The position numbers and the translations under genes are program-made. From contig PS015546.1 in assembly GCA_048213135.1 (NCBI GenBank), positions 6,740 through 50,988 on the forward strand: DNA of 44,249 nucleotides, in the 5' to 3' direction. Positions 1 through 13,100 of the stretch are shown in pieces; the stretch's first letter is position 1; every line of letters begins with the position of its first letter. Under the pieces are notes generated by a model. The model saw only the letters and a program-made list of their open reading frames with translations. It was not told the DNA's origin and made no database searches. The DNA is from Reclinomonas americana ATCC 50394 (taxonomy: Eukaryota).

Positions 1-65
1 GAGACGAGAGAAGCGAGAGAGAGAGAGAGAGAGTGTTGTGCTCACTCTCACTGTCTCTCTCAGCG

Positions 66-862
66 ATGGATAAGGTGGACACACTGCCGGAAATGAGCGA
101 ATTCGACGAGGTGCGCGTCTCTCTCTCATCCTCTCTTCCACCTCCTCCTCCTCCTCCTCCTCCCCCCACCACACACTCTTTCTCTCTCCTTCTTCTTCTT
201 CTTCTTCTCTCTCTCTCTCTCACTCCTCAGTTACTCCGATTTCGATATCTCACTCTCCTTTCTCTTGTGTTTGTGCGCGTCTCATTGAGTGGTCACACAG
301 CGCTTCAAGGAGCTGAGAAGAGACCTCGCCAGTGAGCACGTGGCCTCCGGAGGACGCAAGTTCACTGTGCGTCGTGATCAACACACACTCTCTCACTCAC
401 TCTCTTCTCACACTTCTCGATGGCAGTGGCACGGTCGCAAAGTGCGTGGCGATGCGACCGAAGCAGAGCTTGATCAGATCGTGCGACAAGTGGTCATGGA
501 TCCGGTGACAGAGAAGCGCATTGTCGATCAGCTGTTGCGTCACTCGAGGAAGTTAGTTGATCGTTTTTGCTGTTGCTGAGCTGTTGGTGTGCGGGCGACA
601 GGTATGACACTGTCAAGGAGGACATGGAGAGCAACTTGGTGCGCCGCACAGAGAGCACCAAGCGGTCCATGTCGTTCACTGCCAAGGTACCTGGCGTTGT
701 CTGATTGTCGCTGTTCCCTTGTTGCTCACGACTGTGTTTCTTCGCTTTCAGTCGGCGATTCGACGCGGTGTGCAAGAGGCCACCACGCGGCATGTACGAA
801 TGGTGACGACGGATCTGCACCGAGAAGACACGTTTGGCGCCGCAAGAGCCTCCTTTGATTGA
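66..862 (+). CDS. Hypothetical 5-exon protein with weak resemblance to the BOD1/Shg1 family
   Basis: Manual GT-AG splicing gives MDKVDTLPEMSEFDE|RFKELRRDLASEHVASGGRKFT|WHGRKVRGDATEAELDQIVRQVVMDPVTEKRIVDQLLRHSRK|YDTVKEDMESNLVRRTESTKRSMSFTAK|SAIRRGVQEA...ARASFD*, in frame throughout, ending at TGA 860-862. Confidence 0.55.
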
Positions 863-1023
863 CATGAACACATCGCTTTGTTGCCTCATTTCATTTTTCT
901 GGCGACTAGATAGAGCAAAAGGTGGGAGGAGAGAGTTGTAGGGGTGGGATGCGATGGAGACAAACAGACAAACAAACAAACACACACACACAGAGAGAGC
1001 ACGAGGACGGAGGGAAATACTCC

Positions 1024-3803
1024 TCACTCGGGCAGCACCTGGATACCGGCAATCGGGCACGGAGTGTTGTAATAACCGCATTGTGGTGGGTACGAATCGC
1101 CGACCTTGACCGACAGGCACCGCATGCAGTACTCGGTCTGGCAGTGCTGGCACTTGAGATGCTTGCAGGCATCGGCGTGCTCTGCGCGCGCACGGCACGG
1201 GTGGGTGAGTTGTTGCGGAAGGGGATGAGAGGAGAGGGGAGGGGAGGAGAAGAGAGAGAAAGAGAGGAGAGNNNNNNNNNNNNNNNNNNNNNNNNNNNNN
1301 NNNNNNNNNNNNNNNNNNNNNNNNNNNNNNNNNNNNNNNNNNNNNNNNNNNNNNNNNNNNNNNNNNNNNNNNNNNNNNNNNNNNNNNNNNNNNNNNNNNN
1401 AGAGGAGAGGAGAGAGCACATCACACACACCTTGCACGGCGTGGCATTTGGGGCACGCGCGCGTCGTCGGCACCAGTCCGTGTTGTTGCTCGAAAGGCCA
1501 GATGACCTGCACACAACCACCCACGAAGAGGTCAGCACACAGTGCTTCACCTGCTCTCCCCTGCATCGTCACGCACCTTGCACTGCGCATTCCGCAGCAG
1601 ATCATTTGGCGAGTAGCAATCGCGATTTCCGCAGTGGGTCCGCGAGGAGCCTTCCCACTTCTTCTCGCAGCGCAGGCAGAAATGGGTGTTGCACATGCCG
1701 CACACAGCATCGCGGTCATTAGGGTTGTCGGGCATGCAGGCGGTCTTGCACTGTGCGCACACACACACACACACCACGAGCGTGTCAGCAGCGGGCGTTC
1801 ACATTCGCGCGACAGGAACCAGCCACGCAACTGTTGGGCACGTCTTCACGTTGCCCATCAGGAACTGCTCATTCAGCAACTCGTAGTACGCCATGGACAC
1901 CTGCTCAAAGTTGCGCTGTCCAGCAGCGTGTTGCACCACCACAATCGGGACGACTACGCAAGAGGTTGAGGGGTTAGTCGCCGGCGGGCGAAACAACAAC
2001 TACAAGAGCACAGTCGTACCGGTGCCGCAGTTGGTCTTGGCGCACTGCAGTGCACGAGTCTCTCGTCGCTGCACCTGGCTTCGCAGCAGGTCCTCAATGC
2101 TGCACAAGAATGTGAGAATCGGCGAGTCCAGAAAAAGTGTGGCGCAATTCTATTTCCACCACGCACCACTCATCGCAAATGCCATGTCCACACGACAGGC
2201 GGTAGCAGGCCTTGTCGCGCGCCATGCAGCTGGCACACTGCAGACCAACGGCCAGATCGACACCGGACGGAATCGTGACAATGCGTCGGCGTGATGCCGC
2301 CGTCTGCAGAGACGATTGCGCCTGCGCCGCCGGAGCTGCTGATCGTTACGCACACGTGAGTATCATACACACCGCCACTCAGACACACATGCATACACAC
2401 AAACCTTGTGTGGCCGTTGGAGAGTTGGCGTGGATCGGTGTAATGTCGCTGTGTGCGCGTGTGTGCGTGACATGAGTTTCGATAAAGTGCGGTGCACATC
2501 TTGTGGCGCACGGTTACGCAACGCGTCATCCACCCAGTAGCCCTTTTCTGGTCGCTGCGGACATCCGGCAAGCGCAGCCTGAATCGGGAACGTGCTGCCC
2601 GATCGCAAATCATCGCGGTCCCAGAACACGTAGCTGACGATAACGAAACACATACACGGCCGCGACCCGTAAGACGACTGCATCAAATTCATGTTCTGTA
2701 GAAACCGCGCACTCACCAGGTAGGTGGCACGTCGTCGCGGTGATAGAACGTGCCTTGATCTGTGCGATCGCGCGTAAGCACCAAAAACACGCAGCAGCAA
2801 CAACAACACACGCACACGCAGGCACGCACCGCCCACACGAATGGGTCCGACCGGGCGAATGGCGCGGACACGAGTTCCCGGCACCATCGGACGGCGCGAC
2901 GACGCCGCCGACGAATCATCGTCCGAATCTGCACCACCCGACTCTTGTATCGCCCGCTGCAACATCGTCAAGAACCCATGCAAATCGTCGGCAGCCTGAA
3001 TGATGATGAATACAGCAATAACAATGAGTCAATCACAATGTGCGAAATCGAGAAAGGGGGGTCTTCGGAGTGCGATCTTTCTCGCGAATGTCACTGAACA
3101 ATAGCGTACGACAGTGCCAGACACAGCAGCAGAGTGCGAGCGAGATTCCCGACTGCTCCGCACATGTTGTTTCTCTCATGCGCACCAGTCAAAATAACTC
3201 TCAAGGAATGTGGGAGAGAGAGAGAGAGAGGGAGTGAGTGAGTGTGTGTGCAGGGGAGACAGTGTGTGTGTGCGTGTGTGCAAGGGTGAGATTGTGTGTG
3301 TCCGCGTTCGATCAGTGCTCTCATTCTCGCGTGTCTGCCTCTCTCTCACTCTCCTCTCTCTCTCTCTTCCAGTGCATGTGTGTACACCAGAGCAGTGCGC
3401 GCGCACGAACGCGTCCTCTCACACAGACACATACACACAGACGTCATGACTGGACACCAACTCCGCACACACACACTCAGTGAGACAGAGACACACACGC
3501 AACTGCCTGCTGTGAGGGCCCTGGTGCGGCCTGCTGCTGCTGCGGCGGGCGCGGTCGCGGCGGCAACACCAAGTCCTTGCGCTTCATACACGCATTGCAC
3601 AAGTCAAAGTCGCAGCCCTTGACACAGCGATGCCGCCCAACCGCCGTCACTTGCCCGGGCGACACTTGCCGCGAGCATCCGTCGCAGCGGAAGCCGTAGT
3701 TTCCGGCGTGAGCGGCGTCCTTGAAGCGCTCGTTGAACTTGGGATCGTCGGCGCGGCCGAGAGGGTGAGGGTGCGTGTGGTGCGTGGAGGTGTTGGAGCC
3801 CAT
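1024..3803 (-). CDS. RBR (RING1-IBR-RING2) E3 ubiquitin ligase with N-terminal ZZ-type zinc finger and CPH domain; multi-exon
   Basis: ZZ: CDGC...RHRCVKGCDFDLCNAC. CPH-like: PGTRVRAIRPVGPIRVGDQGTFYHRDDVPPTCYVFWD...GYWV. RING1: CASC...LSCGHGIC...LQCAKTNC. IBR: KTCPTC...VCGMCNTHFCLRC. RING2: RACPKC...EHADACKHLKCQHCQTEYCMRC, with the catalytic Cys-x-His. The ZZ exon is joined by an inferred phase-0 intron (3503 to ~2997). Confidence 0.85.
1272..1400. other. Assembly gap (N run) inside an RBR-gene intron
   Basis: Run of N flanked by GA-rich sequence. Confidence 0.98.
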
Positions 3804-4105
3804 CTGTCACTCTCTTACTCACACACACTCACTGCGTGGAAGACAGCAAGAAGCAAGTGGGTTCGAGACTGTGAGAGAGGCGGCGCGTGTGTCGAAGTTT
3901 TTCCGTCAAATGTGCACCTCAACTCTGTTCGCTAGCTGCGTGGCGGAGGAGTGTACGCGAGGGTGTGCGAGTGGACAGCGACGATGCCTTGTTGCCCTCT
4001 CGCAAACACCACAAAGAGAGACACAAGAACGTCTAATGGATCGCAGGACGTGCATGACACGCAACCTTACACAACAACTTTGTTTCATTAACAATAAACA
4101 GTGCA

Positions 4106-7100
4106 TTAGGGGGCCGAGGTGAACGACTCGTCGAGGGAGGCGTCTCCGGCGGCGGCGTTTGCGGCTGCGGCGACGGAGGCGTCGTCGGTGGCGCCGTAGA
4201 CGGTGGCGAGGCGATCGAGCATGTGTGAGGTGGCTTGGCAGGCGGTGAGGAGCTCGAGCATGCTGCCGTTGAGGACGCGGAAGATGAAGACGCCAATGTG
4301 CTGGCGGCGGTCGAGGCCGGTGTAGTATTCGATGGATTTGCCGAGCACGCTGGTGGCGTCGCCGAGGGCCGACAGGCGCGGATCAAAGAGGAAGTTGACG
4401 AATTCCAGCTCGTAGTCGCTGACGGCCTTGGCGGTGGAGGGTGCGGCGGTGGTGGCCGGCGAGGCGCCACTGCCTGTGCTGTGGCTGGCGCCGCCGGCAC
4501 TGCTGGCGCCTCCTCCGTTGGTCGGCGTCTGCATGGTGCTGGACGAGGCGAACGAGCTCGGCGTGAGGGCAGAGGCCGCGGCCAGTGACGTGCTGCTGCC
4601 GCCGCCTCCGCCACCGCCGGCACTGCCAGGAACAGTGCTGCGCGACGACTGCAACGCGGCCGCGTAGGTAAGCTGGCGCTTGACGGCGGCGATCATGTTG
4701 CGCACGCGGGTGTTGAGGCGCGGGATCTTGGTGAGGTTGGTGGTCACAAAGATCGGCCGCTCAAACGCACTCTCCAAGTCCACCAGCACTCGCTCCGCGG
4801 CGTCGTAGTAGTGCGAAAACACATTGATCTTCGCATCGGGGATCTCCACCAGCCGCTGATCACTCTTGCCCTCCTTGCTCTGCACCACCACCACGAAATA
4901 GTATGAGAATGCATGCGCACCACCACCGTACACATGGCAAGCGACGCACGCACGCACCTCGAAGAACACGAGTTTCTCCAGCACAAACACGGTGCCGGAG
5001 AGGCGGTCCCAGACCACGTCGTCGGTGGGCGCCATCACCTTTTGTCCAAAGTTGGCCTCCAGCAGCTTCAAACTCACCGTGTACGTTGGCTCGGTACTGC
5101 TGCCAGTGCCGCCACTCGCCGACGCGCTGCTGCCGCCACCAGCCGCCATGTGCGGCAGCACCGCCACCGACAGGTTCGTCAGCATGATCACGACTTCGCC
5201 GCGCAGTGAACGCGCGTTCGCGGCTTCGGTGGCCGACGCCGAGTCGAGCGTACCGCCGCCCGCCTCGTGCGACACACGGCTGTCGTCAGCCGTGTCTCCG
5301 TCGCCGTCGCCGAGGTCCGGCACGGTGATGGTGGTGTGGTACCGCTTCTTGGACAACCGCAATGTGCTGGCCGAGAGCGGCTCCACCCCGATCGCCGGTG
5401 TGCTCGCCGACGACAGCATGCCGTGCACATGCGCAGCGCCAGCGCCGGTCGCCCGCGACAACATACCGAGCACGCCACCGGAATGACCACCGCCGCCGCC
5501 ACCCACACCGTTTCCACCATGGCCGACAGCACCGCCGCCGCCGCCACTGTTGCTACCGCCACCAGCACCTCCACTGCCACGCGGCACGGTGTTGGTACTG
5601 AATCGGTGCGTGCGCTCGCGCTCGAGCACACTTTGCACGGATTTGACGGCATGGTCATGCGCATCGACCACCATCTTGCTCACACTGTGTTGCGATAGAT
5701 GAGTGCGCCACGATGAAGCACGAGAAGCACAAGCAATCATAATAGAGCTGCCTCACCGGGATCCCACGGCAATCAGTTCAAACGCATTCGTCGCGACCTC
5801 CACGCGAATGCCGTCGGAGATCACACGAGCCTTGAGCCACACCGACTCGCTGCCCTGCAGCAGATCGTCGCGATACTTGACCACCTGCTGCTGCGCCGAC
5901 AGCGACAACACACTGGCACCCTCGTACTGCACGTCGGCACGAATGTGGTTGACGGCGGCAAAGCACACATTCAGCACTCGCTTGCCCGACATGTCCACGT
6001 CCACCGGTCGGCGAATAACACCAATGCCGACACTGGTCACCGCGAGACTGCCGCTCAGCGAGCCCGCCAGCTCTGCCGCCGCGCGCAATACGGTGGCTCG
6101 GAAGGCCGAAATGCGCGTGCCCTCAGTCGGATCCTCGTACCGACTGTGTGAAGCGGATGAGTTTGAGGGGGAGGGGGCAGTTAGAAGGAACAAATCATGT
6201 GGGGACGCAACAGCTTCAGCTCGCAACCAATGTTGCTAAAGGTGGTGACCTGATGGCCGATACCGCGAACCGTGGTGTCGATCTTCACCTCGCCCAACAT
6301 GATGTTCACAAGCAGTGGCATCTGTGACGAAATGAACACGCCCCGGGCAGCCTCGGCAGCCGACACGGTTGCCGCGGGTGACGCTGGACCCACCGGTGCC
6401 ACAACTGCGCACAGACGCATCGTGAGTGCCTTGACAATTGGGTTAGGAGAGAGCAACAACGCAACATGCTCCCCCGGCACCGCGCGCAGAGGTTGGTGTG
6501 GACCGACGGCGCGCCCGATCTCTGTCGAGAGACTCGTACATGCGCGCCTCCACATTTGTCTTCAGCGGCGACCTGCAAGAGAGTGTGTGGTACATTCCGT
6601 GTGAACAAACGGCACGCACCAAGAAGAAAATGCCTGTTGGACAAGCAACGACGCAACGTAATGGACTTGCCGCCCTGTGCACCATGTAGCAGACTGCCGA
6701 CCTCGTCTGTGACCTTGCCGAGAATGTGTCGTGCCTCCAGCGCCTTGGCCTTCCACAGCTCCAAGAAGCGGAAAAAGCGACCGCTCTCCTCCAACTTGCA
6801 CGCCACTCGCACGTGATGCATGGCCGACAGCAGGAACACCACCGGCACCTCCTCGCCGGCCACATCGGCAACCTACACGAATGCGCGTGGTCAGGAGACG
6901 TTTCCACATGCTCGTGTGCTGCACGGACACCGCTCACCCTGTGCGAGTGCGTGTTCCATCCGGTGATCTGCACGTCGAAGAAACCCTGCTGACGGTTCTG
7001 CAAGTCGTACAACTGCGCCACCACAGAATCAAACGGTGAGGAACATGAAACAAGCACCACAGATGGTTGCCGTCGCCGCAACTTGCAACACGATTGACGG

Positions 7101-10100
7101 CACAGTTGCCTCCATGATGCTCATCTGCAACATGGCCTCCTGCACGCCACCAGAAATCGCCATGCGCAGCGCATCGTCGTCGTTGCCAATGTGCAAGCTA
7201 CGCAGCCCGTCAACATGTCAACGAAACAGCTCACACGCACACTCTCAATATAGATTATCACACACTCGCACACAACTCCAACACAATGTCGAACGTCGGC
7301 TGCGTGGTGAGCTGAATGTGAATCGGCGACAGGCGCACCAGAAGCGACAGAGACGACTCTGCATGCCAATAAAGTGAGCAAATGACAACACGACGAGATT
7401 GTAGAGAGGGACTCTTTCGTGCGCACCGATCGAATCCTTTCGCCGCGGAGTCGGCTGCACACACGCCACAAATGAGGCGACTGCCCAGACAAATCAATTT
7501 GACAAACAAAGTCTGCTTACCTGCACCACACGTGTCGGCTTTGGCGCCACCGCGGACAGTTCATCGTACGCCATCATGTGCATTCGCAACGCACGCGCCG
7601 ACCGACTCAGCAAATCATCGTCCGGCAGGTAGTCGCTGGCGGCGAGCGGCTGCATGGACTGTGAACGACCGTGCGTGCGACGCCGTGGAATGCCCGGTTC
7701 GTGATCCTCCACCCAGTGACGCCAGCGATTCACCGTCTCCACGGTCCAACTCAACGGCCAAGCAAAGCCGGCGACTTGCGGTCGCGGCTGCGCCACACGC
7801 CGACCGAGCTCAGTCATGACGCGGAAGTACAGTTGGCGAGCTCGACGCAGGCGGCGAATGCGCACCACTGCAGAGAGTGAGACGTGTGAGCACATGTAGG
7901 TATGACGAATGCATGCGCCTCCCAACGTCGTACCTCGGCGTTGCAAGGCAATCTGGTTCGCACCACGCGTGACAGAGACCAGCGACAAGTTGTGCAGATC
8001 CACAATGTCAGTGGCCGTGCCACGTCGCTGAAGGATCTTGCGACGGCGAGAGGAACTGTGTGCTCCCACACGCCAGTGAGCAAAAGAAAGCGCGACACCA
8101 AAAAAACATGAACATGGCCACATACTCACCGCTCCAACATGCACTGCTTCGTCTCCTCGACAAAGATCATCATGAGAGGCGAGAAGACAAACGGCTGGAA
8201 CTCCACATCCAGGCTGCACGTGATACGACCGGAGGCTCCGTCATCCTCAAACAACAACGGCGGCAAGTCTGCGTCCTGGTTCGGGTCACTCATTCGACTC
8301 CAATCGCTGTGATGCACTCGTGAGCTGTTGTCTCTCCATGATCACCACCACCACAACAACAGCAACACGCAACCCAGAGTCGAAAACGCCACCGGAGGTG
8401 TTGCCGAAAGTGCCCCGCGCCGCACCACCAGAGGGCGGAGGCGGGATGCTGAACGCACTGGCCGTGTCGCCCGACAACACATCGTCTTCCATCCCCGCAT
8501 CAAGCTCCGCTCCGAGATCCGAAGCCGCCGCCGCAGCCGCTGCTGATGCCGTCGGGTTGCGTCGCGAGCCGAACGACTCCGAAGTCGAACCACTCGACAG
8601 GTCGTCCTCGGTGGCACCCCCCGAACGGTCGGGTCGAGTGCGTTCACGCCGCCGCAACTCGGCCACATTCCAGTACTGCGACAACAGCGACCGTCAGTCT
8701 CTTGAAATAACAACACATACGATGCAGTTGGTATGAAAGCGTACCCGAGCGCTGAGTGTAATGTGAGGCAGTGGCAGGTTGAGAATGTGACGGCGCTCCT
8801 CCTCGGCCAACCGCTTGCCGTCGCGGTACTTTTGCACCTCCTGATGCAACGAACTGCAGACGACGTTGCCGCGATCGAGAATGCACACCAAGTCGAGCGA
8901 TATCGACAGAGGAGACTCGTCGTACGACACGGGCTGACGCGGTGTTGCGCCGAGTGCCGCCGGCTTGGCGCCTGCGACCACATTCGGCGACCGCGCGGAC
9001 GATCCGGGCAGGCCAACGTAGTTGACACCATTCGACACCTCCAGCGCCTGCACCCGCTCGGCGCCGGCCACTGCCACTGCCGCCGCGCGAGCCACATACA
9101 CATCGTGCAGCAACTCCTGCGACAGCCGGTACAGTCGGCGGGTGGAGTCGCCACCCTGCGGCAACACCAGGTGCGGTGCCGCCGTCTGCAACAAAAAAAT
9201 GAGCCATTCATTTGGCGACAGGCACCGAGATGAGGAAGACGACATACCAGCAGCGAAAAGTCCTCGATCAAGTTGACCACCTGCGGCGCCACGTCGGCAT
9301 TCAGGCGTACTTCGGGACCCTTGACGTAAATCTCAGCGGCTGCGTCAATCTGTCGTCGATACCGCTTCACGTGGACGTCGACGTAGCCGTTCTGGAAGAG
9401 CACGCGGTTCTGTGCGCGTGAGCCGTCGTGCGCGGTGGGTGGATGCGCCAGCATGCGCTCGGAATCCGTCGGTATGAAGGCTTCCACTTGCTGGAACGTG
9501 CAGCGACCGACCAGAATCGACGACACATGTCGCTTGCGATTACCGCGGCGCGTCAACGTGGTACTCGTGGCGCTCTCCGTGCGTGACGAGAGCTCCACAG
9601 CGCGAGCGTACATGACGAGCGAGGCACCGCGATTGTCGGCACCCAGACCGGGAGCGGCCTTGTTCTCCAAACAGAACGGCAAACTGAACGAGGAGCTCGA
9701 GATGCGCAGCACGAGTGACGACTTGACGTCGGCCGGTACGGCACCCGCCTGCAGAGAAGGGTGCACAAGTCAGGCACATCGCGAACGAACACCGTGGCAC
9801 GCAGTGAGAACAGACAAACCTCGCGAATACCCTGCTGAAGCCGCTGCTGGAGGCCACTGACCTCTCGTTGCACCTCAGCAAAGGCTTCGTTGACAGCGTG
9901 CGCTTCGCGAGCCAGCTCGGCGTGCTGCTGTTGTATGGCGTCTCGGAACTGCACACACAGTTTCAGCCTCTCAACGCACACATGGTAAGAGGAGAAAATA
10001 CGTAACTCGCGAAAAGGACGAGGAAAAGTAGCGCGAGAGGTACATCATAAAGTAGATGCCCTCGCTGCGCAGCATGCAGTGCGGCTGTCGAATCTCGATC

Positions 10101-13100
10101 AGCAGCTTGTTGTTGCACTCATCGTCGAGCAAGCGGCCGGGTCGCTGACTGGTACTGGCGGGATCGTCGGAGAACAGCAGCGATTCCTCGCTCCGTGGCA
10201 CGCGCGCCGCACGCATGGCACGGTTCACCAGTCGGCGACTCGGCACGAAGCGCGAGTAAAAGTTGCGCACCAAGACTGTCGTGTTGCCGCGCGCCCAGAT
10301 GACACACTCGGGTGCGCTGGCGCCAGGAGCCGTGCGATCAAGTGCACTCGGATCGATGAGCCACAAACGGAGGCCGCCACGCTTCGTGTCCGCACTCCAG
10401 TACACGCGCGACGAGTCCAGGCTCTGATCTGGAGTGGGGAGAGCGCCGGCCAGGAGGATGCTCGCCGCCGGGCGGATGCACACCAGCGGATTCGCTCGGT
10501 GCTGCACAGACAAACCGAGAGCACCCGTGTCGCAAACGACAGCCACTGGCGGAACCGTGAACACCAACTGCAGTCCGCCCAGTTCCACATTCAGCGACAG
10601 GTTGAGGCGGTGCTTCAGGTCCAGGTCGACCAGCTCGTACATGAGACCGTCGGGTGTCATTGTTTGCACCAGCCGACCGCGACCACCGTTCGCTTGCGCG
10701 CCACTCGGCGGCTGCGGCGAGAACGGATCACCGTATCCCGAGCCGCCAGCTTCTGCAAAATCGCCCTGACCCATCGACGCCGGCGACGAGTCCAGCGCAC
10801 CACGACTCTGTGAGGCCGACAAAGTGACATTGGCCTTTTGCGGTGGCGAGGTGGCCATCGACGGTGGACTCAGCTGCGCCCCTCCCGACGCCAGCGGCGA
10901 CAACACGCCCAGCACACTGCCTCGGCTGCCACTTCTGCGTTCCTGCAGGTCGCGACGCATGGCCGCACCTGCTTCTGCGAGCTGTGCATGCAGCTGTCAG
11001 CTGCTCGTACTGCCCAGAAAAACTTGCAGGGAGGGATTGAGCACGTACTTCGTTCACGTCCTCGATCAGACTGCGGTGGAGCGTCAGCAGCGACTGGAGG
11101 AACTCGCCGGAGAACGAGTTGATGATCGGCTCCACATGCACCGACACATTGGCAGTGACCACATCGTGCACCACCACTGGTCGTCCGTCCAGCCCGAATC
11201 GCGACACTGACGGATCTCGCTCAGATGTGCCGTCAGAAGTGACAACTGCACCCGAGCAGCTCAGCAACAAACCCCGACAAAGACAAACAATGTGTGTGCG
11301 TACCATCGTCAACCATGGCGTTCCACGCAGCACCGCTGGCTCCGTGGGCCTGGGCAGGTCGCGAACTGCCACCGGTCTCGAGCACCTCAATGTCCTCCAA
11401 CGAGAACTCGCCACCAGCAACAATGCTCGGCATCTGGAACACGCGATGGAAGCTGCGACGGAGTCACGCACATCAGCAATCAACAGAAGAAACAACAACA
11501 GCAACAACTCTCGTCATCAACTCACCTGCCGGCGACGGCTTGCGAGTGGCTGAATTGCAGGAAGCTCTTGTGCACGGATGCGAAGAGAGTGGCGCGCCGC
11601 GGCGCACCGAAATACGAAGCCTGAGCGCCGATGCGTTGGAGTCCCACACGCAGCGTGAGATTCTTCGTCAGGTGCACCACCACGTTCACGTCAGTGAAGG
11701 CCACCGACACGTGTACGGTGAGGTGCGATCCGCTTGGCACGCGATGCGATCCAGGTCGGATCTGAATCGCGCTGTCCGTCAGATCCCACAAGTCTGCCGC
11801 CTGCGACGACGTCGTGGTGCTGCTTCCACCAATGCCGGCATCCGACATTGGGTCGTCGGTGCTCGCCAGGTCCAAGTCAACGTCGTCGTCGGTGGCCACA
11901 TCCACGCCCCCGTACGCATCCATGGCTGTCTCCACAAAGCGCGCACGCCGCGGTACAGGGCTCTGGTCGGCGAAACGCACACGACCGAGACCTTCGTTTC
12001 CGCCCGCGACACCACCCTTGCCAGGCTGGCGACTGGCCTGCGGCTGCGACGGCGACGGTGGTTGCCGCTGCTGGTGCTGTTGGTGCTGCTGGTGCTGCTG
12101 GTGCTGTTGGTGATGTTGGTGGTGCTGGTGATGATGCTGCTGCGCGTGGTGATGGCGCTGCTGATGAGCGGCGTCAGCATGCTGCAGTGCGACGTCGTTC
12201 TGCAAATCGAGGCTCAAGCGAGCGTGCGATCCACCCTGACCGCCATTGGCCAGATCCGCAGCCGCCGAGGCCGACTGTGGCATGAGTGACGCTCGCCGCT
12301 GCAACTCGTCGAGCGTGCTGGTCACGGCATTGGCCATGGACTGCCAGCGCTCCACAAATGTCTGCAGCGCACGCAGTGACTCCTGCCAGCTCTTCAGCGT
12401 GGGCACCTCCGACTCGGGACCACGCAGACACAGCATAAAGGTGAGAGTGCGCTGGCGTCGCAGGGCGGCCAACGACGACAGTCGCTTGACGTGGAAGGAG
12501 CGCCGCTTGCCACCCGACATGAGACCCTGCAGGGTGAGAAGTGAGACACCCCTCCTTGTCATCAGCCAACACAGACACCCAACTGTTGGCTCATTGAGAA
12601 GTGCGTCATGCTGCTCATCATCCGAGGCGGCGGCCCCCGCGTGACCACCCACACCGTCAACGTTGACACCGTGGTGCGTTGTCGCCAGTGACGACTCCAC
12701 CGCGTCCATTGACGGCGATGACACCGCCACGTGGAAGAACACATCGGTCAGCATGCTGCGGAACACGGGCAGATCGGCACTGCTGCCAGCCGGTCGTCTG
12801 TGATACAACAACAAAACAACCCTTTTAGCGAAGACAGAGAGACGCACACGAACGCGCATTGCGACGCAACAGCGCCGTTGGCTGGTACTCGTACTGCAAG
12901 ACCAAGCGCTGAATCTGCAAGTGCGAGAACAGCAGCACATCCACGTCACGGCCGAGTGGCAACTCGCCCGGCAGCTGGTAGTCGACCAGCGTGTTCTGGC
13001 CATGGCTGACCAGCACATCCAGTCCCGACACCTGTCCAATCATGTCAGCGGTCAAAGCGAAAATGATCACCATCGTCAGCATCGCTACACCAACCTCCAG

